DNA of 39,765 nucleotides, taken from positions 1 to 39,765 of the forward strand of contig JBGSUI010000042.1 of NCBI GenBank assembly GCA_041736175.1. The letters run 5' to 3'. Within the stretch, counting starts at the first letter, position 1, and every line of letters begins with the position of its first letter. The DNA comes from Oligoflexales bacterium. GTDB lineage: Bacteria; Bdellovibrionota_B; Oligoflexia; Oligoflexales; CAIYRB01. Position numbers and translations under genes: made by a program. The notes beneath the pieces are model-generated. The model made no database searches, had not been told where the DNA came from, and worked only from the letters and a program-made list of their open reading frames with translations. Positions 38,336 through 39,765 of this stretch are shown here, one piece after another.

Positions 38336-39669
38336 CCCTCATAAATCCCCCTGCTACTCCTGGAACCAATCAAGAGGGAATTCAAACCGCACCTCTTAGC
38401 CAACAAAAAATTAAAGACCTTGTTGAGGCTCGGCGTGCCGCTGTTCTTCCAGCAATCCGCAATTCAGCTAAAGCTGCTAAAAATGATGAGCCGTACCCAG
38501 CAAAGGATGTGCAGATAGAAAGTATGGAAGAACCTAGCAGTAAGGAATGGCCGGAACCAATACCATTCAGTCAAGAAGCGCGTCGAGAAAGCTTCCCAAT
38601 AGAGGCCCTACCTCCACTCCTTCGTGATGCGATTTTAGAAGTTCAATGGTTTACGCAAGCTCCCATGGCAATGGTGGCAAGTTCTGCTATTTGTACAGTA
38701 GCCACCGCAATCCAAGGGCTTGTTGATGTATCTCGTCCATCTCAGCTAAATGGGCCATCAAGCCTCTTCTTCTTTACATTAGGTGATTCGGGCGAGCGAA
38801 AAAGTACTGTGGATAAGTATTTTAGCAAACCACTTAAAGACCATCACGAAAAATCACTTGAATTGGCAAAACCAGTCCTATCAAAGTATTTGGCTCAGTT
38901 AGATGCTTGGCAGGCTCAATATGAGGGTGTTAAAAGTGCCATAAAAAATGCTTCTAGATCTGGTTATATAGGAGATATAGAGGACGAGGAAACCTCTAGC
39001 AAAGGGAGCGATAATAAACGGAAAAAAAGCATAAAGGAATTAAAGGAACTGCTTGAAGAGATGAATGAAAATAAACCTGTCCGTCCGTTACTTCCCAATC
39101 TTTTGATCACTGATATTACGACCGAAAAGCTGCAATTCCACTTGTCTCAAATTTGGCCATCGTGCCTGCTTAGCTCAGCAGAAGGAGGCTTGGTATTAGG
39201 GGGGAGGTCCATGTCGAGAGAAAACGAAATAAGCACCCTCTCATCCTTCAATTCTCTTTGGTCGGACGAAGTCTTCAGAGTTTCACGTAAAAATGCTGAA
39301 ACTTTTGAAGTTATAGGATCTCGATTTAGTCTATCACTTCTTATTCAGCCAAATGTTTTTGCAAAATTTATCGAGGACCACCCGACTGCGCGCGACAACG
39401 GATTTTTTGCTCGAAGCTTATTTTCGTATCCAGAATCGACCCAGGGGACTCGTCTATTTAGATCACGTCCGGCACAAATGAATGCCCTCGAGGCTTTTTA
39501 TGCTCACATTAATGTGCTGTTAGGTTATGAATTGAGGATTGTTAAGGGAATACTTAGGACATCTGATCTACACCTAACACCAGAAGCTTCAGACCTATGG
39601 ATAAAGTACCATGACGAGATCGAGATTGAATTGGGTGCAGTAGATTTTTTACAAGCATATTCCTTGTAA
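38332..39669 (+). CDS. YfjI/DUF3987-family protein (satellite replication-associated ATPase-like), probably C-terminally truncated
   Basis: WPEP.P, FP.EALP, QAP..M, SGERKST, D.T.E.L, EGG, W, QP, GF.AR motifs; stops abruptly after IEIELG. Confidence 0.8.
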   Translation: MTLINPPATPGTNQEGIQTAPLSQQKIKDLVEARRAAVLPAIRNSAKAAKNDEPYPAKDVQIESMEEPSSKEWPEPIPFSQEARRESFPIEALPPLLRDAILEVQWFTQAPMAMVASSAICTVATAIQGLVDVSRPSQLNGPSSLFFFTLGDSGERKSTVDKYFSKPLKDHHEKSLELAKPVLSKYLAQLDAWQAQYEGVKSAIKNASRSGYIGDIEDEETSSKGSDNKRKKSIKELKELLEEMNENKPVRPLLPNLLITDITTEKLQFHLSQIWPSCLLSSAEGGLVLGGRSMSRENEISTLSSFNSLWSDEVFRVSRKNAETFEVIGSRFSLSLLIQPNVFAKFIEDHPTARDNGFFARSLFSYPESTQGTRLFRSRPAQMNALEAFYAHINVLLGYELRIVKGILRTSDLHLTPEASDLWIKYHDEIEIELGAVDFLQAYSL

Positions 39670-39757
39670 TTATAGGAATATAAATATAATCTTCGCATAG
39701 AATACTCCCGAAGTTAGCCGGACTTATTTAAAGTGTTGCCTGTATCGGAGGATTGCT

Positions 39758-39765
39758 ATGCCAAA
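39758..39765 (+). CDS. Probable start of a gene running off the window
   Basis: GGAGG (39747-39751) then ATG CCA AA; TATAAT at 39685-39690 upstream. Confidence 0.4.

Larger units (their letters stand above)
35840..39765 (+). mobile_element. Left end of a P4-type integrative element or satellite inserted at the ssrA 3' end
   Basis: Integrase immediately downstream of ssrA, followed by alpA and a YfjI-like gene; right end lies outside the window; exact att core unknown. Confidence 0.85.

Overview
Bacterial chromosomal window. Gene content (sigma28-type promoters, subtilase, giant Ig/FG-GAP lipoprotein, many orphan secreted proteins) suggests a predatory Bdellovibrionota/Oligoflexia-like organism, but this is inference only. 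Left to right: an AlbA_2(Schlafen-like)/HATPase gene; an envelope-modification operon (EEP hydrolase, PAP2 phosphatase, ArnT/PMT-like glycosyltransferase); a ~15 kb envelope locus (5.3-20.6 kb); alpha/beta hydrolase, Ser/Thr kinase, second ArnT-like gene, recD2, PilZ-like gene, two Hsp20s, hpf, FadL-like barrel, S8 protease; then tmRNA (ssrA) with the left end of a P4-type integrative element (int, orphan, alpA, truncated YfjI/DUF3987). The standout is a tightly packed operon with no other flagellar gene in the window: TPR lipoprotein, motA, motB, a single polypeptide that reads as an FliF-ring-motif/TM/FliF-C/FliG fusion, and an outer-membrane beta-barrel. It is flanked by a second barrel protein, two apparently paralogous membrane-anchored proteins and a 2141-aa Ig-repeat/FG-GAP surface lipoprotein. 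This looks like a candidate non-flagellar ion-driven rotary or envelope motor. Also noted: four sigma28-like promoters, two genes that seem to need ATT starts, and phased DNA repeats at the island end. All family calls come from motif reading by eye; no searches were run.
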